Positions 37,179 to 46,622 of a stretch of DNA of 64,000 nt are shown here, piece by piece. How positions within the stretch are numbered: the stretch's first letter is position 1; every line of letters starts with the position of its first letter. Under the pieces are notes generated by a model. That model saw nothing but the letters and a program-made list of their open reading frames with translations, searched no databases and had not been told where the DNA came from. The DNA is taken from positions 1 to 64,000 of IMG/VR virus record IMGVR_UViG_2791355076_000001; one strand, given 5' to 3'. A program made the translations under genes and the position numbers. Source of the DNA: a virus (Duplodnaviria; Caudoviricetes).

Positions 37179-37472
37179 AATCAAGTTCGAATGGTTGAAT
37201 AATAAATTGTTATTTTCATTTTAAATAAGATACTCTAAATTATTACTAGCTTTAATTATTATAACTAAACCTATTATTTAATATAAATAATAGGTTTGAG
37301 TGTTTGGCGGCAAGTTTAATAAGCTCTCAATCATTTAAAAAACTTCCCCAAAACCACTCCAACCCAAACTAAAAATCAATCAGTTACATACAAACCAAGA
37401 TCACATAAAAATAAATAATCACCTCCAATAATTATAATTTATTTAATAAGTTACGAAATTATTATGGGTATA

Positions 37473-37637
37473 ATGCTACGCCACATGGGTTGGACTGAAG
37501 CGGCTGACTTAATCATTAAAGGTATGGAAGGCGCGATTGCTGCTAAGACTGTAACTTATGATTTCGAACGTCAGTTAGAAGGCGCTAAACTGCTGAAATG
37601 TAGCGAGTTTGGTGACGCGATTATCAAACATATGTAA
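37473..37637 (+). pseudogene. icd': 3' fragment of isocitrate dehydrogenase (icdC-like att duplication)
   Basis: [54 protein letters not shown]. Confidence 0.95.
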
Positions 37638-37658
37638 TTGTTGATTTGATAAATAGTT

Positions 37659-37686
37659 AACGGGAGCTTATTAGTTCCCGTTTTTT
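37659..37686 (+). terminator. icd terminator copy
   Basis: aacgggagct-tatt-agttcccgttttttt. Confidence 0.85.
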
Positions 37687-37705
37687 ATTGTCAATTTTGA
37701 AATGG

Positions 37706-37738
37706 TTATCAAAAAATTATCAAAATGAATTATCAAAA
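37706..37738 (+). repeat. Three direct repeats TTATCAAAA (putative Int arm-type sites)
   Basis: Starting at 37706, 37717, 37730, adjacent to int 3' end. Confidence 0.7.
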
Positions 37739-37757
37739 CCACCTGAAATTTAGGCAA

Positions 37758-38885
37758 TTAAATCACGATTTTTATCCAATCTTTTCCTCGATCATCATGG
37801 TATTTATCTGTTTGAATTTGGTTCTTATGACCGAGTAAATCTTTAGTGTTTATACCTTGTGCTCTATATAACCTTTCAGATAAAGATCGTTGTTCATGAA
37901 ATGTTGCAGGTGTTCCTTCTCCCCAATCAATATCCGTTTTATTTCTCGCTTTTTTAAAGTTAGTCGTTAGCGTATTTGCAGTAACTTGATCACCACGTTT
38001 AGATTGTGAAGTAGTATGAAAGTAATGAATAAGATAAGGGCTAATAACGCGATCACGGCAACGGGCAACAACATCACGTAATGACATATTTAATTGTTCA
38101 GAACGTAGTGATAATGGAATAGCTAATTTAGTACCCGTTTTCTCTTGAGTAATATGCAAATGATCATCCCAAATATCACTAAACTTCATTGCGGAAATAT
38201 CACCTAATCGTTGGCCAGTAATTAACGCAAGCAACATGGCATTTCCCACATAACGATGTTGTTTATCAGCAATCTCAAATATCTTTTTCCATTCATCAAA
38301 ATTAAGGCGTTGGCGAGTTACTTTTCGTTTTGGCTGTTTAGTAGCGAGGGCAGGGTTATAACCGGGAGGAACTTCACCTGCATGTTGCGCTTCTTTAAAT
38401 ACATCAATTAAAACAGAGCGAATAACTTGTGCCATTCTGTGCTGACCATTAGATTTATATTCATCCAGAATTTCAGCAATATCTCTGGCATCAACAGCGG
38501 GTAATGGTTTCATGGATAAGGCTTGCCTCATTAAATCTACCGGCTTCCTTTTTTGTTTATAAGTATTCGGTTTTATATCACCTTCCTTTAAACGCTCTTC
38601 TTGAATAACCCAGTATTTATCCAACCAAGTATTAACCGTGATTTCTTTACCTTTTATTTTTGCCACCCGATCACCAATAGCCATAACTTGTCGGCTACGT
38701 TGTTCCGCTAACCTTGTGTTAGCTTCAATGGCTATTGCTTTCGCCTCGGCTTCATTGTCACCGAGGGCATGATATTTACCTGTTACAGGATGGCGGTAAC
38801 GCCAATAAACCTTGTTAGCTTTACGACTAAATAAAGGGTAAAGATTTGGAATATTGACGTTATTTTTACGAGGTCTGGCAGCCAT
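37758..38885 (-). CDS. int: Tyrosine integrase (lambda/phage 21 family)
   Basis: TGQRLGDI, QEKTG, FHEQRSLS, LLGH, Y catalytic residues; N-terminal arm-binding domain. Confidence 0.96.
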   Translation of the reverse strand: MAARPRKNNVNIPNLYPLFSRKANKVYWRYRHPVTGKYHALGDNEAEAKAIAIEANTRLAEQRSRQVMAIGDRVAKIKGKEITVNTWLDKYWVIQEERLKEGDIKPNTYKQKRKPVDLMRQALSMKPLPAVDARDIAEILDEYKSNGQHRMAQVIRSVLIDVFKEAQHAGEVPPGYNPALATKQPKRKVTRQRLNFDEWKKIFEIADKQHRYVGNAMLLALITGQRLGDISAMKFSDIWDDHLHITQEKTGTKLAIPLSLRSEQLNMSLRDVVARCRDRVISPYLIHYFHTTSQSKRGDQVTANTLTTNFKKARNKTDIDWGEGTPATFHEQRSLSERLYRAQGINTKDLLGHKNQIQTDKYHDDRGKDWIKIVI

Positions 38886-39108
38886 CTTTGAGGATCCTTT
38901 GTAAAATAGGGTTATCGTTATTATTGATAACCGGTGATGTCAAATTACCGACAAGGTCGGCATCTTCTCTCACGCGCCAAATGCCACCTTCTTTCCTTGC
39001 TGGTGGGTAGAACAGGCCACCACGAGCATATCGTTGTAGCGTTCCTAACTTTGGTGGGCGACTTTTATATCTTTCTTGCGCCCACTCCTCTAAAGTCAAC
39101 ATTTGCAT
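38866..39108 (-). CDS. xis: Excisionase
   Basis: MLTLEEWA...TLQRYAR...PPARKEG..WRV; overlaps int start. Confidence 0.88.
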   Translation of the reverse strand: MQMLTLEEWAQERYKSRPPKLGTLQRYARGGLFYPPARKEGGIWRVREDADLVGNLTSPVINNNDNPILQRILKDGCQTS

Positions 39109-39281
39109 ATTTTTCTCTCCACACTGTCCGTACACAGTTTAAATAGATATTAGTTGATGCTAATAATTAGTAGCTATTTGTTGCTTACATATCTTAATAA
39201 TTTAATTTAAGATGAATAATTCGCTTGATTAACTAAGATATTTAGACAAAATGTAAATTTAACTCTAATTGAAATTTATAT

Positions 39282-39443
39282 ATGTTTGGTAATGGAAAAG
39301 AAAACAAAGATTTAAATGATGATTTTGAGCTAGATAAAATAGAAAAAATATCTAGTACATTACTTGATTTAGTAGTTGGTATATCACTAGTTTTTATTGT
39401 AACCATCGTTGTCTTTGTTATCACTTTTACTTACTGTACTTAA
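39282..39443 (+). CDS. Possible 53-aa C-terminally anchored membrane protein
   Basis: [10 protein letters not shown]...[27 protein letters not shown]; convergent with ssb. Confidence 0.35.
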   Translation: MFGNGKENKDLNDDFELDKIEKISSTLLDLVVGISLVFIVTIVVFVITFTYCT

Positions 39444-39856
39444 AATGGAATATCATCAAAACCTACGGGTGGTTGTGATAGTGGTGTAGTCTGTGAAGTT
39501 GTCGATTTAATTGCACCACTTAGCATCTGCATCGAACCACCAACTTTTACAACAATTTCAGTTGTATAGCGTTTAACACCGTTATCATCCCATTCGCGCG
39601 TTTGTAGTTGGCCCTCAATATAAATTTGAGAGCCTTTGCACAAATAGCCACTGGCGATATCAGCGAGTTTTCCAAACAGAACGACACGGTGCCATTCTGT
39701 CTTTTCTCGGTTTTCACCCGTTTGTTTATCTCGCCACTTTTCTGATGTGGCCACAGCTAAATTAGCAACAGCACCACCAGAAGGCAGGTAGCGAATTTCA
39801 GGATCGCGCCCTAAATTGCCGATAAGAATTACTTTGTTTACTGATCCGTTAGCCAT
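39440..39856 (-). CDS. ssb: Single-stranded DNA-binding protein
   Basis: [15 protein letters not shown]...TEWHRVV...DDIPF. Confidence 0.95.
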   Translation of the reverse strand: MANGSVNKVILIGNLGRDPEIRYLPSGGAVANLAVATSEKWRDKQTGENREKTEWHRVVLFGKLADIASGYLCKGSQIYIEGQLQTREWDDNGVKRYTTEIVVKVGGSMQMLSGAIKSTTSQTTPLSQPPVGFDDIPF

Positions 39857-40382
39857 TTTCAGTTCCCTTATAAAGTTCATTAAAACGGCGGAGGAATAAG
39901 GCTTTTGCTTGTGGCGGTGTTAGTGGGTTAACAACAAAATCACTTGATGGAATACCTTCAAGCATTAACCAGTTACTACCTACATCAATTTCTAAATCAC
40001 GCTTTTCTGTGGCTAACATCATTAAGTCAGCAAAATGCACTGCATCAGACATTGTTTCAGGTAGCCCAAACTTTTTGCGGATGGCTAAATCAATATTGTG
40101 CTCAATCATTTGATATTCAGTTAAGATAGCTTTTAAAGGACGTGGTAAATCTTTGATATATGCTTCACTAGCATCATGAAGCAGGGCTTCTAAAGCATAT
40201 TCAGGTGCAACTAAATAGCTGACATATACAGAGTGCTGAGCCACAGAATAGAAATTATCAATCTGTCCATTAAAGCGACATTCATTAGCAAGGCCACTGG
40301 CAATATCTTGAATATCTATATCCTCGATCCGTACATCGAGATAATAGAAATGTTTATTTGTTGCTGTTGCAATATAAGACAT
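39849..40382 (-). CDS. HD-domain hydrolase (YfdR/YfbR-like)
   Basis: RFNG...YSVAQHS...[10 protein letters not shown]. Confidence 0.88.
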   Translation of the reverse strand: MSYIATATNKHFYYLDVRIEDIDIQDIASGLANECRFNGQIDNFYSVAQHSVYVSYLVAPEYALEALLHDASEAYIKDLPRPLKAILTEYQMIEHNIDLAIRKKFGLPETMSDAVHFADLMMLATEKRDLEIDVGSNWLMLEGIPSSDFVVNPLTPPQAKALFLRRFNELYKGTENG

Positions 40383-40565
40383 ATTCTCTCCACACAATTT
40401 TTAGGTAATAAGAATTCCTCTCGAATTAATCGAGATTAGATTTCCCTAGTGTTGCTAATAAAAAATAAAAATGGATTTACACTTCAAATATTGTGCCTGA
40501 TTATTTTCCCACCTCAGGCGGTGGTGGTATTCTTGGAAGTTCCTACACAACCAAGAGAAAATAAA

Positions 40566-40799
40566 ATGCTTAAATCAACGTTAATTGCAAAGTGTCTCTA
40601 TCAGTGCAATATGATTTCAGATATAAAAGGTGGTGAATATTCAGTACAAAGTATTTTTAATGAATATTTTCCTAAGTATTCTTATGATAAATGGAACACC
40701 AATCTACCTGATAATGTGGTTGAGTATTTTTTAAAAGCATCTAAAGGCAGTACGACAATTAGAGTTGATTCTTTTATTAAAGACCTTTGGGATCTTTAA
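40566..40799 (+). CDS. Hypothetical protein, opposite strand within left operon
   Basis: MLKSTLIAKCL... after AAGAG SD. Confidence 0.55.
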   Translation: MLKSTLIAKCLYQCNMISDIKGGEYSVQSIFNEYFPKYSYDKWNTNLPDNVVEYFLKASKGSTTIRVDSFIKDLWDL

Positions 40800-41001
40800 T
40801 TGTCGAGAATGCTGAATGCTCATGATTAAGTGTTTTACCCTTAGTATTTGCTTCTAGTTCTAATGATGTTTTATCATTCATTAAAGTCTCAATTGTTTTA
40901 TCAATAAATGACAAATAATCAATTGATATGGCGCTTGTCGTATTCAAATAACAGACCGTGGCGCCATTCACTTTAAGTTCAACTACGTTTCCATTACTCA
41001 C
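40777..41001 (-). CDS. Hypothetical left-operon protein
   Basis: GGAGGG SD before GTG. Confidence 0.5.
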   Translation of the reverse strand: MSNGNVVELKVNGATVCYLNTTSAISIDYLSFIDKTIETLMNDKTSLELEANTKGKTLNHEHSAFSTIKDPKGL

Positions 41002-41044
41002 GCCAATTTCCCTCCACACAATTGTTTCTCTTCACACATAAAAA

Positions 41045-41248
41045 TTATTCACTTTGTATCTGAATAGCGCTTTTGATTCTGCACTCGTCTATTTCAGCAT
41101 CCAGTTTTGCTAGTTTATCCACCAGCTCTTCACGTCTTGCGTTTAACTCACCGAGGACTTTGATAGACGATAGTTTCTCTTCCATCCAATCAACAACATC
41201 TTCATCAGTGAAATTAGCTGGAGGTATGATTACCGGTTCAGTTGTCAT
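41045..41248 (-). CDS. Hypothetical coiled-coil left-operon protein
   Basis: AGGAG SD; first gene after pL. Confidence 0.6.
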   Translation of the reverse strand: MTTEPVIIPPANFTDEDVVDWMEEKLSSIKVLGELNARREELVDKLAKLDAEIDECRIKSAIQIQSE

Positions 41249-41309
41249 GGCGGCTCCTACAACGAAATACATTTATTTATCGTCAATTGACATCAGATAA
41301 AATCACTAT

Positions 41310-41340
41310 ATGTTTTTTGCGCAAATGCGTCAAGCGCATA
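41310..41340. promoter_or_regulatory. OL operator sites
   Basis: ATGCGTcaaGCGCAT and ATGTTTtttGCGCAA resemble OR palindrome. Confidence 0.65.
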
Positions 41341-41455
41341 TTTTGTTTTTTACAAAAATATAAAAGGATGAATTTTATCCGTTTGATTTTCTATTTATGT
41401 CTTTTAAAAATATCAGATTGAAATACAGATCATTTCTTTGGTGGGAAAAGGATAC

Positions 41456-41480
41456 AAAAAAGCCCTCACAAGGAGGGCCC
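41456..41480 (-). terminator. Terminator ending cI + cargo transcript
   Basis: Minus strand gccctcc-ttgt-gagggc-tttttt. Confidence 0.75.
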
Positions 41481-41484
41481 GGTA

Positions 41485-41934
41485 TTACTTCGAATTATGG
41501 ACATCTATTAATTTATGAATTGCTAATCCATCATTTAAAAAAACATACATTGAGAATATAAATATAATTACTTGAGTTATACCAAAATATATATTGGGGA
41601 AAAATGTGATTATTGCGTATGTAAGCATTGAAACTACAATGAAAAATATTCTTTTAGAAACATAGAGTGAATACTGAGCGCTATCTATACTTCCTTGCAT
41701 TATTGGTATCACTTTAGCCATTTTATGTGCACATTGCCCAAATATGACTGCAGACATTAATGACCAGTCAGAAGTTGTCAACAAATAATCAATGATTGAT
41801 CCTAATGATGAATAATTCTTCGCTACTGATACAATAAACATTCCTAAAACAGGAATTAGAAAAAATATAGCCTCACCGTATACATCCGCTCTTCTGGCTC
41901 TATTTTTTCTATTCTCGTTTTTGGAATATGTCAC
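41485..41934 (-). CDS. Four-TM membrane protein downstream of cI
   Basis: Four hydrophobic segments; overlaps partner 3' end. Confidence 0.72.
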   Translation of the reverse strand: MTYSKNENRKNRARRADVYGEAIFFLIPVLGMFIVSVAKNYSSLGSIIDYLLTTSDWSLMSAVIFGQCAHKMAKVIPIMQGSIDSAQYSLYVSKRIFFIVVSMLTYAIITFFPNIYFGITQVIIFIFSMYVFLNDGLAIHKLIDVHNSK

Positions 41935-42790
41935 CTTGATACCCCTTGGTTCGAACAACACTCATAACTTCAATTATTTTAACATCCTTTATTTTGCTTT
42001 TTTTATTTTTACTGCTATTTTCCATATAAACTTCCGTGTACTCTATAACCGCTTCCATAAGGTCATTTGGCCCAATAGGGTCTATGAGTCCACCCTGATA
42101 TTGTTTTAGCCAGTCATTGTCTATTATTTTAGCAGAAAACGTATTTTTTGTTTCTATCTCTTCTAGTTTCCATGTTGTGTCTCCTTTATTCACAGGCACG
42201 TTAACATAAAATTTTGAGTTTCTTTTATGATGTCTTTTTTTTGTTGACAGAACCTCATCCACGTCACCAGTAAACGTGAAATTTTTGTTCATTTTTTTAT
42301 AGTTAAAAAAATTGTTGCCGTTAATGTTTTCTAAACCAATATATGTACATTCATCATTTTTAAGTTTGGAATTTAATACTGATAAATCAGATAGCGATTT
42401 ACCTAGTTTTTCTATGTCTATAACGGGTTCAAGCCTCATTTCATTAATATCGTTACCCATAATGGTATCAGACATATTATTAGCGATAATCTCAATATCA
42501 TCTCTACTAGATATCTCGCTAGACTCGTACAGATCGCTGCATAATTTAGATGAAGATGCATCAAGTAGCTTATTAAATTTTTCTATTATGCAACTTATAA
42601 TAGCTATAGCAGAACCTGTTTCTAAACCAATTAATTTAAATTGAGCGCTATCTTTTTCATTTATTGACGCTAAAGTTATTATTCCAATACTTTTATAAAA
42701 TTTAACGTAACCAGTTAAAATATTTAAGATATCCTCTGGATCTTTTCTATCTTTACTGTAATCAAATTTTATAGCTATGTTGGTATTCAT
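41909..42790 (-). CDS. Hypothetical soluble protein downstream of cI
   Basis: Very AT-rich 293-aa ORF co-oriented with cI. Confidence 0.75.
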   Translation of the reverse strand: MNTNIAIKFDYSKDRKDPEDILNILTGYVKFYKSIGIITLASINEKDSAQFKLIGLETGSAIAIISCIIEKFNKLLDASSSKLCSDLYESSEISSRDDIEIIANNMSDTIMGNDINEMRLEPVIDIEKLGKSLSDLSVLNSKLKNDECTYIGLENINGNNFFNYKKMNKNFTFTGDVDEVLSTKKRHHKRNSKFYVNVPVNKGDTTWKLEEIETKNTFSAKIIDNDWLKQYQGGLIDPIGPNDLMEAVIEYTEVYMENSSKNKKSKIKDVKIIEVMSVVRTKGYQGDIFQKRE

Positions 42791-42896
42791 TGTTATCTCA
42801 TTTTTGATTTGATAATTGGTTAATACAATCGCTTCAATCAGATCCCACTATTATATTATTTTTATCAACCACACCCTAAAACGTGTCGTCAGGTCA

Positions 42897-43553
42897 TTAA
42901 AACAACGCTCTACCTGTTTTTTCACATACATCTATATATTTAATTGGCTTAACAATAGCTGACACATAGTGCATTGACTCGATCTGATCAGGAGGTAATG
43001 TTATTGGCTTGTGTGAGTTATTGATGCTAGTAAATTGATAATCACCATCACGAGTCTTGTTGAATATCTTAATCATGTTGTGACCTTCAACAGTGCGAAC
43101 AAAAACCTCATCACCAGAACGGACAGCGGTGTTGGGCTCAACGACAACGTACTCACCAGATTGAATACGAGGCCACATACTATCGCCTTTAACCTTCAGT
43201 CCGTATGCATCAACGTCGTCGCTGTATATCTTCAGCCATCCATTGTGAGCCTCAATCATATCAACAGCACCATCAACACCTAAGAACGCCTCACCACGTA
43301 CTTGAACCATTCCTGACGGCACTTTTCCTATAAATTTGATTTCATCTGGCTCTGGTACATTTTCAGTAAATAAATCTGCAACAGATACACCCAGTGCTTC
43401 TGCTATCTTTACTAAAGTGTTTTCTGTATAGCCTTGTATATTTCTTTCAAGGCGAGAAATATTGCCCACATCACTATTAATAGCGGTGGCCAACTGAAGG
43501 ATTGTTAATCCTTTTTTCTTTCTCAACTCTCTAATTCTTGTTCCTATTTTCAT
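42897..43553 (-). CDS. cI: CI-like repressor (HTH + S24 peptidase)
   Basis: IGTRIRELRKKKGLT HTH; VKGDSMWPRI, MIK catalytic S/K. Confidence 0.95.
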   Translation of the reverse strand: MKIGTRIRELRKKKGLTILQLATAINSDVGNISRLERNIQGYTENTLVKIAEALGVSVADLFTENVPEPDEIKFIGKVPSGMVQVRGEAFLGVDGAVDMIEAHNGWLKIYSDDVDAYGLKVKGDSMWPRIQSGEYVVVEPNTAVRSGDEVFVRTVEGHNMIKIFNKTRDGDYQFTSINNSHKPITLPPDQIESMHYVSAIVKPIKYIDVCEKTGRALF

Positions 43554-43573
43554 ACCTCAATTCAACTTTATTT

Positions 43574-43635
43574 ATGCGTACAACACAAAGCGTATTGCGC
43601 ATATTTATCTGTGTGATAATATGCGTGTAACGCAT
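43574..43635. promoter_or_regulatory. OR operator sites (ATGCGT-N3-RCGCAT)
   Basis: atgcgtacaacacaa, aagcgtattgcgcat, atgcgtgtaacgcat between divergent cI and cro. Confidence 0.72.
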
Positions 43636-43648
43636 TTAAGGGGGCTGT

Positions 43649-43876
43649 ATGCAAACACCATTAAGGAAAGTTCGGGTAGAACTAAATCTAACAATTTCAG
43701 AAGTGGCTAATGCCATTAATTGTGATGTAGGAAATCTTTCACGATTAGAAAGAGGTATTCAAACAGCTTCTTTGGAACTGGCTGAAAAATTAACAGCTTT
43801 TTATCGTGGGAAAATAACTGAGTTAGAGATCTTATACCCACATCGTTATCAACAACAAAATAACAAAACCGTTTAA
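43649..43876 (+). CDS. cro: Cro-like HTH protein
   Basis: Divergent from cI; same recognition helix DVGN(L/I)SRLER. Confidence 0.9.
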   Translation: MQTPLRKVRVELNLTISEVANAINCDVGNLSRLERGIQTASLELAEKLTAFYRGKITELEILYPHRYQQQNNKTV

Positions 43877-43914
43877 AGCAGTTAACTACAAGAATTTATC
43901 AATGGTGGTAGGAA

Positions 43915-44373
43915 ATGAGTAACCAATCAATAAAACAGGTAGTGAAAGAAATGTGTGATGCAACAGCTGGTGGACGCGAGGCAATGGCTGGAGCACTAGG
44001 TCTGTCTTTAACGTCATTCAACAACAAGCTTTATGAGAAAAACGGTTGTCGCTCATTTGATTTAAACGAGTTGTTAGCGATGCAAGATATTTCTAAGACC
44101 GTTTTATTTGCTGAATTTGTCGCTCGTGAATCAAATCGTTTACTCGTTGACAGAATTAGTCCTGCGGAACTGGACGAAACTGAGCTGTTTGTACTGCGTA
44201 GCGGTGTTGACGAAATGCAGGGGCGTTTAGCGTTATTGATGAAAGATAGCTTGGCTGATGGCGTTATTGATAACGAAGAAGAACAGAAAATAAAAATGAT
44301 GTTGGATGGATTAATTTCACAGATCCGCACATTTATGAATGCGTTTGTTTCGTTGCATCAAAAGAGAAATTAA
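43915..44373 (+). CDS. CII-like/YmfL-family regulator
   Basis: GGREAMAGALG...FNNKLYEKNGCR; DGVID..E. Confidence 0.8.
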   Translation: MSNQSIKQVVKEMCDATAGGREAMAGALGLSLTSFNNKLYEKNGCRSFDLNELLAMQDISKTVLFAEFVARESNRLLVDRISPAELDETELFVLRSGVDEMQGRLALLMKDSLADGVIDNEEEQKIKMMLDGLISQIRTFMNAFVSLHQKRN

Positions 44374-44461
44374 AGATGGCTATATCCAGAAAGGGTGAAG
44401 CCAAAGGTGTACGGCCTCTGGCTTCGGTTTGCAAATTTCAATTGTGTGAAGAGAAATTAGC

Positions 44462-44671
44462 ATGAGTAGATTAGCGCATTTAATACCTAAAAAGCAATTC
44501 CGTTGTTTACCTGTCTCGGGTAGTCAGTCATTTCGCTATGTGGAAATCATAGCGTCTGACGAACAACCAGACAACTACAAGAAACCTGCATATTTGGTAG
44601 ATAGACAGTCTCTTAAAAAAGCATGGGCTGATTTTTATTTTTCAAGTGGAGAGCGGGGCAATGAGCAATGA
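44462..44671 (+). CDS. Hypothetical phage protein
   Basis: Overlapping operon between cII-like and rep. Confidence 0.5.
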   Translation: MSRLAHLIPKKQFRCLPVSGSQSFRYVEIIASDEQPDNYKKPAYLVDRQSLKKAWADFYFSSGERGNEQ

Positions 44672-44840
44672 GAACCCAAACCAACTTGATCGCTACTACA
44701 AAAATCATAGGGGTATCGTTGTCCATGTTGTTCGTTATGACAGAGAAAAACAGCGTGTCATTTTTATGCTGGATGGTTGTGACGATCCGCAATGTGAACC
44801 CTTGCAACGATTTAAAGAGAAGTACACACGTATTAAGTAA
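44661..44840 (+). CDS. DUF4222-like small protein
   Basis: YKNHRGIVVHVVRYD...RVIFM...PLQRFKEKY. Confidence 0.7.
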   Translation: MSNENPNQLDRYYKNHRGIVVHVVRYDREKQRVIFMLDGCDDPQCEPLQRFKEKYTRIK

Positions 44841-44852
44841 TGAGGTGGCAAG

Positions 44853-45944
44853 ATGAGTTTATTATTACTAAAAAGTCGCCCTTTAGTCGTTATTCCTGAA
44901 TTAGCGGTACGTCTTGGTTTAAATGAGGCGATGCTGCTACAGCAAATTCAATATTGGCTAACTGAAACTACTTCAGGTGTTGAATATGACGGCTCGCGCT
45001 GGATTTATAACACCGTCGAAGAGTGGAAGAATCAATTTCCTTTTTTCTCTGAATCAACGATTAAACGTGCTTTTACTAATTTGAAAAAGCAGGGCGTTTT
45101 ACGCATCGAGCAAATCAATAAATCAAACCATGACCGTACTAATTATTATGCGATTAACTACGATCACCACTTGCTGACCGATGAGGTCAATATGACCCAA
45201 TCGAACGGTGATAACTCATCTAATCGAACAGTTCAAAATGACCTTATCGATAAGCGCAAATTGAAACCTTCAAACGGTTCAAAATGCGCTGTTCTGAACG
45301 GGTCAAAATGGCCTGTTCTTACAGAGAATACAACAGAGATTACTTCAGAGAGTACAACAGAAACAGATCATTCGTCGCAGAATTCTGGCGAATCCAGCGA
45401 CCAGCCGAAAAATGATTTTTTAACTCGTTATCCCGAAGCAGTGATTTACAGCGCCAATGGTCAGAAATGGGGTGATGAAGGTGATTTGAAAACGGCAAAA
45501 TGGATGTTTGGTCGTGTTAAAAAACTGAATCCATCTGCGCTAGAGCCTACTTGGTATGACTGGGCGAACGATATTCGTTTGATGCGTCAAATCGATGGGC
45601 GTACTCATGAGCAAATTTGTGCTTTGTTCGATTGGGCTAACAAAGATTCATTCTGGCACCAAAACATTTTAAGCCCTCGTAAATTACGTAAACACTTTGA
45701 TGAGCTGATCGTTCGTAGCCAAAAGCCAAAGGATGAGCCAAAGGTTCAAGTTGATACCGTTGAGCGTGACAGTGCTTTCTCTCGCTTGATTGGCTCTCGT
45801 TCTAAACCTCAAAACCGTATTGAAGAGATCGCACTTGAATTAGCGGGTAAGACAGGTATTCGTCGTATGAGTGAGTTTTCTGGTCGTCAAGCATGGAACA
45901 GCATTTGGAAACAAGCGACTGAAATGTCACAGGAGGCTCAGTAA
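44853..45944 (+). CDS. Phage replication initiator (O-like)
   Basis: LAVRLGLNEAMLLQQIQYW...WIYNT winged helix; WANDIRLM C-terminal domain. Confidence 0.9.
   Translation: MSLLLLKSRPLVVIPELAVRLGLNEAMLLQQIQYWLTETTSGVEYDGSRWIYNTVEEWKNQFPFFSESTIKRAFTNLKKQGVLRIEQINKSNHDRTNYYAINYDHHLLTDEVNMTQSNGDNSSNRTVQNDLIDKRKLKPSNGSKCAVLNGSKWPVLTENTTEITSESTTETDHSSQNSGESSDQPKNDFLTRYPEAVIYSANGQKWGDEGDLKTAKWMFGRVKKLNPSALEPTWYDWANDIRLMRQIDGRTHEQICALFDWANKDSFWHQNILSPRKLRKHFDELIVRSQKPKDEPKVQVDTVERDSAFSRLIGSRSKPQNRIEEIALELAGKTGIRRMSEFSGRQAWNSIWKQATEMSQEAQ
45184..45320 (+). repeat. Iteron-like repeats G(G/T)TCAAAATG (putative ori)
   Basis: ggtcaatatgacc, gttcaaaatgacc, gcgcaaattgaaa, gttcaaaatgcgc, ggtcaaaatggcc. Confidence 0.65.
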
Positions 45945-46016
45945 TGCTAACTAAATACATTTTGTTTGTTGGGTTCTGGTTTGTAGTGACATTACTGATT
46001 GGCTTATGGGGGACTT

Positions 46017-46403
46017 ATGCCTGAACTCATGCTCACATTGCCATTTCCACCTAGTGTGAACACCTATTGGCGAAACACCAAAAGAGGGACCTTAGTCAGT
46101 GCAAAAGGGCGAGTCTTTAGAGCAAATGCGATTGCAGCAGTCTATGAACAATTAAAGCGTAGACCTAAGGCTATTGAGAGTGATGTGTTTGTTTCAGTGA
46201 AATTATACCCACCAACTAAACAAGCCAGAGATATTGATAATTTCTTAAAAGCACCTTTTGATGCGCTTACTCATGCGGGTGTATGGGGCGATGATAAACA
46301 GATTAAAAAAATGGATGTTGAATGGATGGACGTTATTAAAGGCGGGAAGCTTGAAATAACCATTCGTCAGCATAGTAAAAGCGTGATGTACGGTCACGAG
46401 TAA
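46017..46403 (+). CDS. rusA: RusA Holliday junction resolvase
   Basis: LPFPPSVNTYWR...RDIDNFLKA.FDAL...DDKQI. Confidence 0.92.
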   Translation: MPELMLTLPFPPSVNTYWRNTKRGTLVSAKGRVFRANAIAAVYEQLKRRPKAIESDVFVSVKLYPPTKQARDIDNFLKAPFDALTHAGVWGDDKQIKKMDVEWMDVIKGGKLEITIRQHSKSVMYGHE

Positions 46404-46406
46404 AAC

Positions 46407-46622
46407 GTGGAGAGAAATAACATGAATGGATTAATTGTTATTGATGAAATTTCGACCGCTCCTGAGATCACAGGAGCGCCTATTGCTACTGCTAGAGGCT
46501 GTCCGTTTGGGAAGAACATGACCCGTCCTAATAATCCTCGTGAAATCCAACCCCATTTCTTTGAGAGTAAAACGGATGAGTTGATCCGTATGGTGATGTT
46601 GAATAAACAGGTGAGCGCATGA
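46407..46622 (+). pseudogene. Internally deleted KilA-N gene (two in-frame deletions)
   Basis: Collinear with start, middle (EISTAPEITGA) and end of 881..1702. Confidence 0.85.

Larger units (their letters stand above)
1..37470. mobile_element. Prophage 1 (right part), lambdoid, HK97-like head; left part outside window
   Basis: Ordered replication-Q-lysis-terminase-portal-capsid-tail modules ending at the icd-derived att junction. Confidence 0.93.
37340..37740. other. Hybrid att junction between tandem prophages
   Basis: TTCCCCAAAA and IHF-like AATCAATCAGTTA on left, icd 3' copy in centre, 3x TTATCAAAA on right next to int. Confidence 0.8.

Noticed and set aside
37473-37637. Functional icd gene
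   Set aside because: Only the last 54 codons are present, preceded by phage att-arm DNA.
39242-39424. Minus-strand 60-aa ORF
   Set aside because: Low-complexity Thr/Ser/Ile sequence typical of the antisense of a TM-coding frame.
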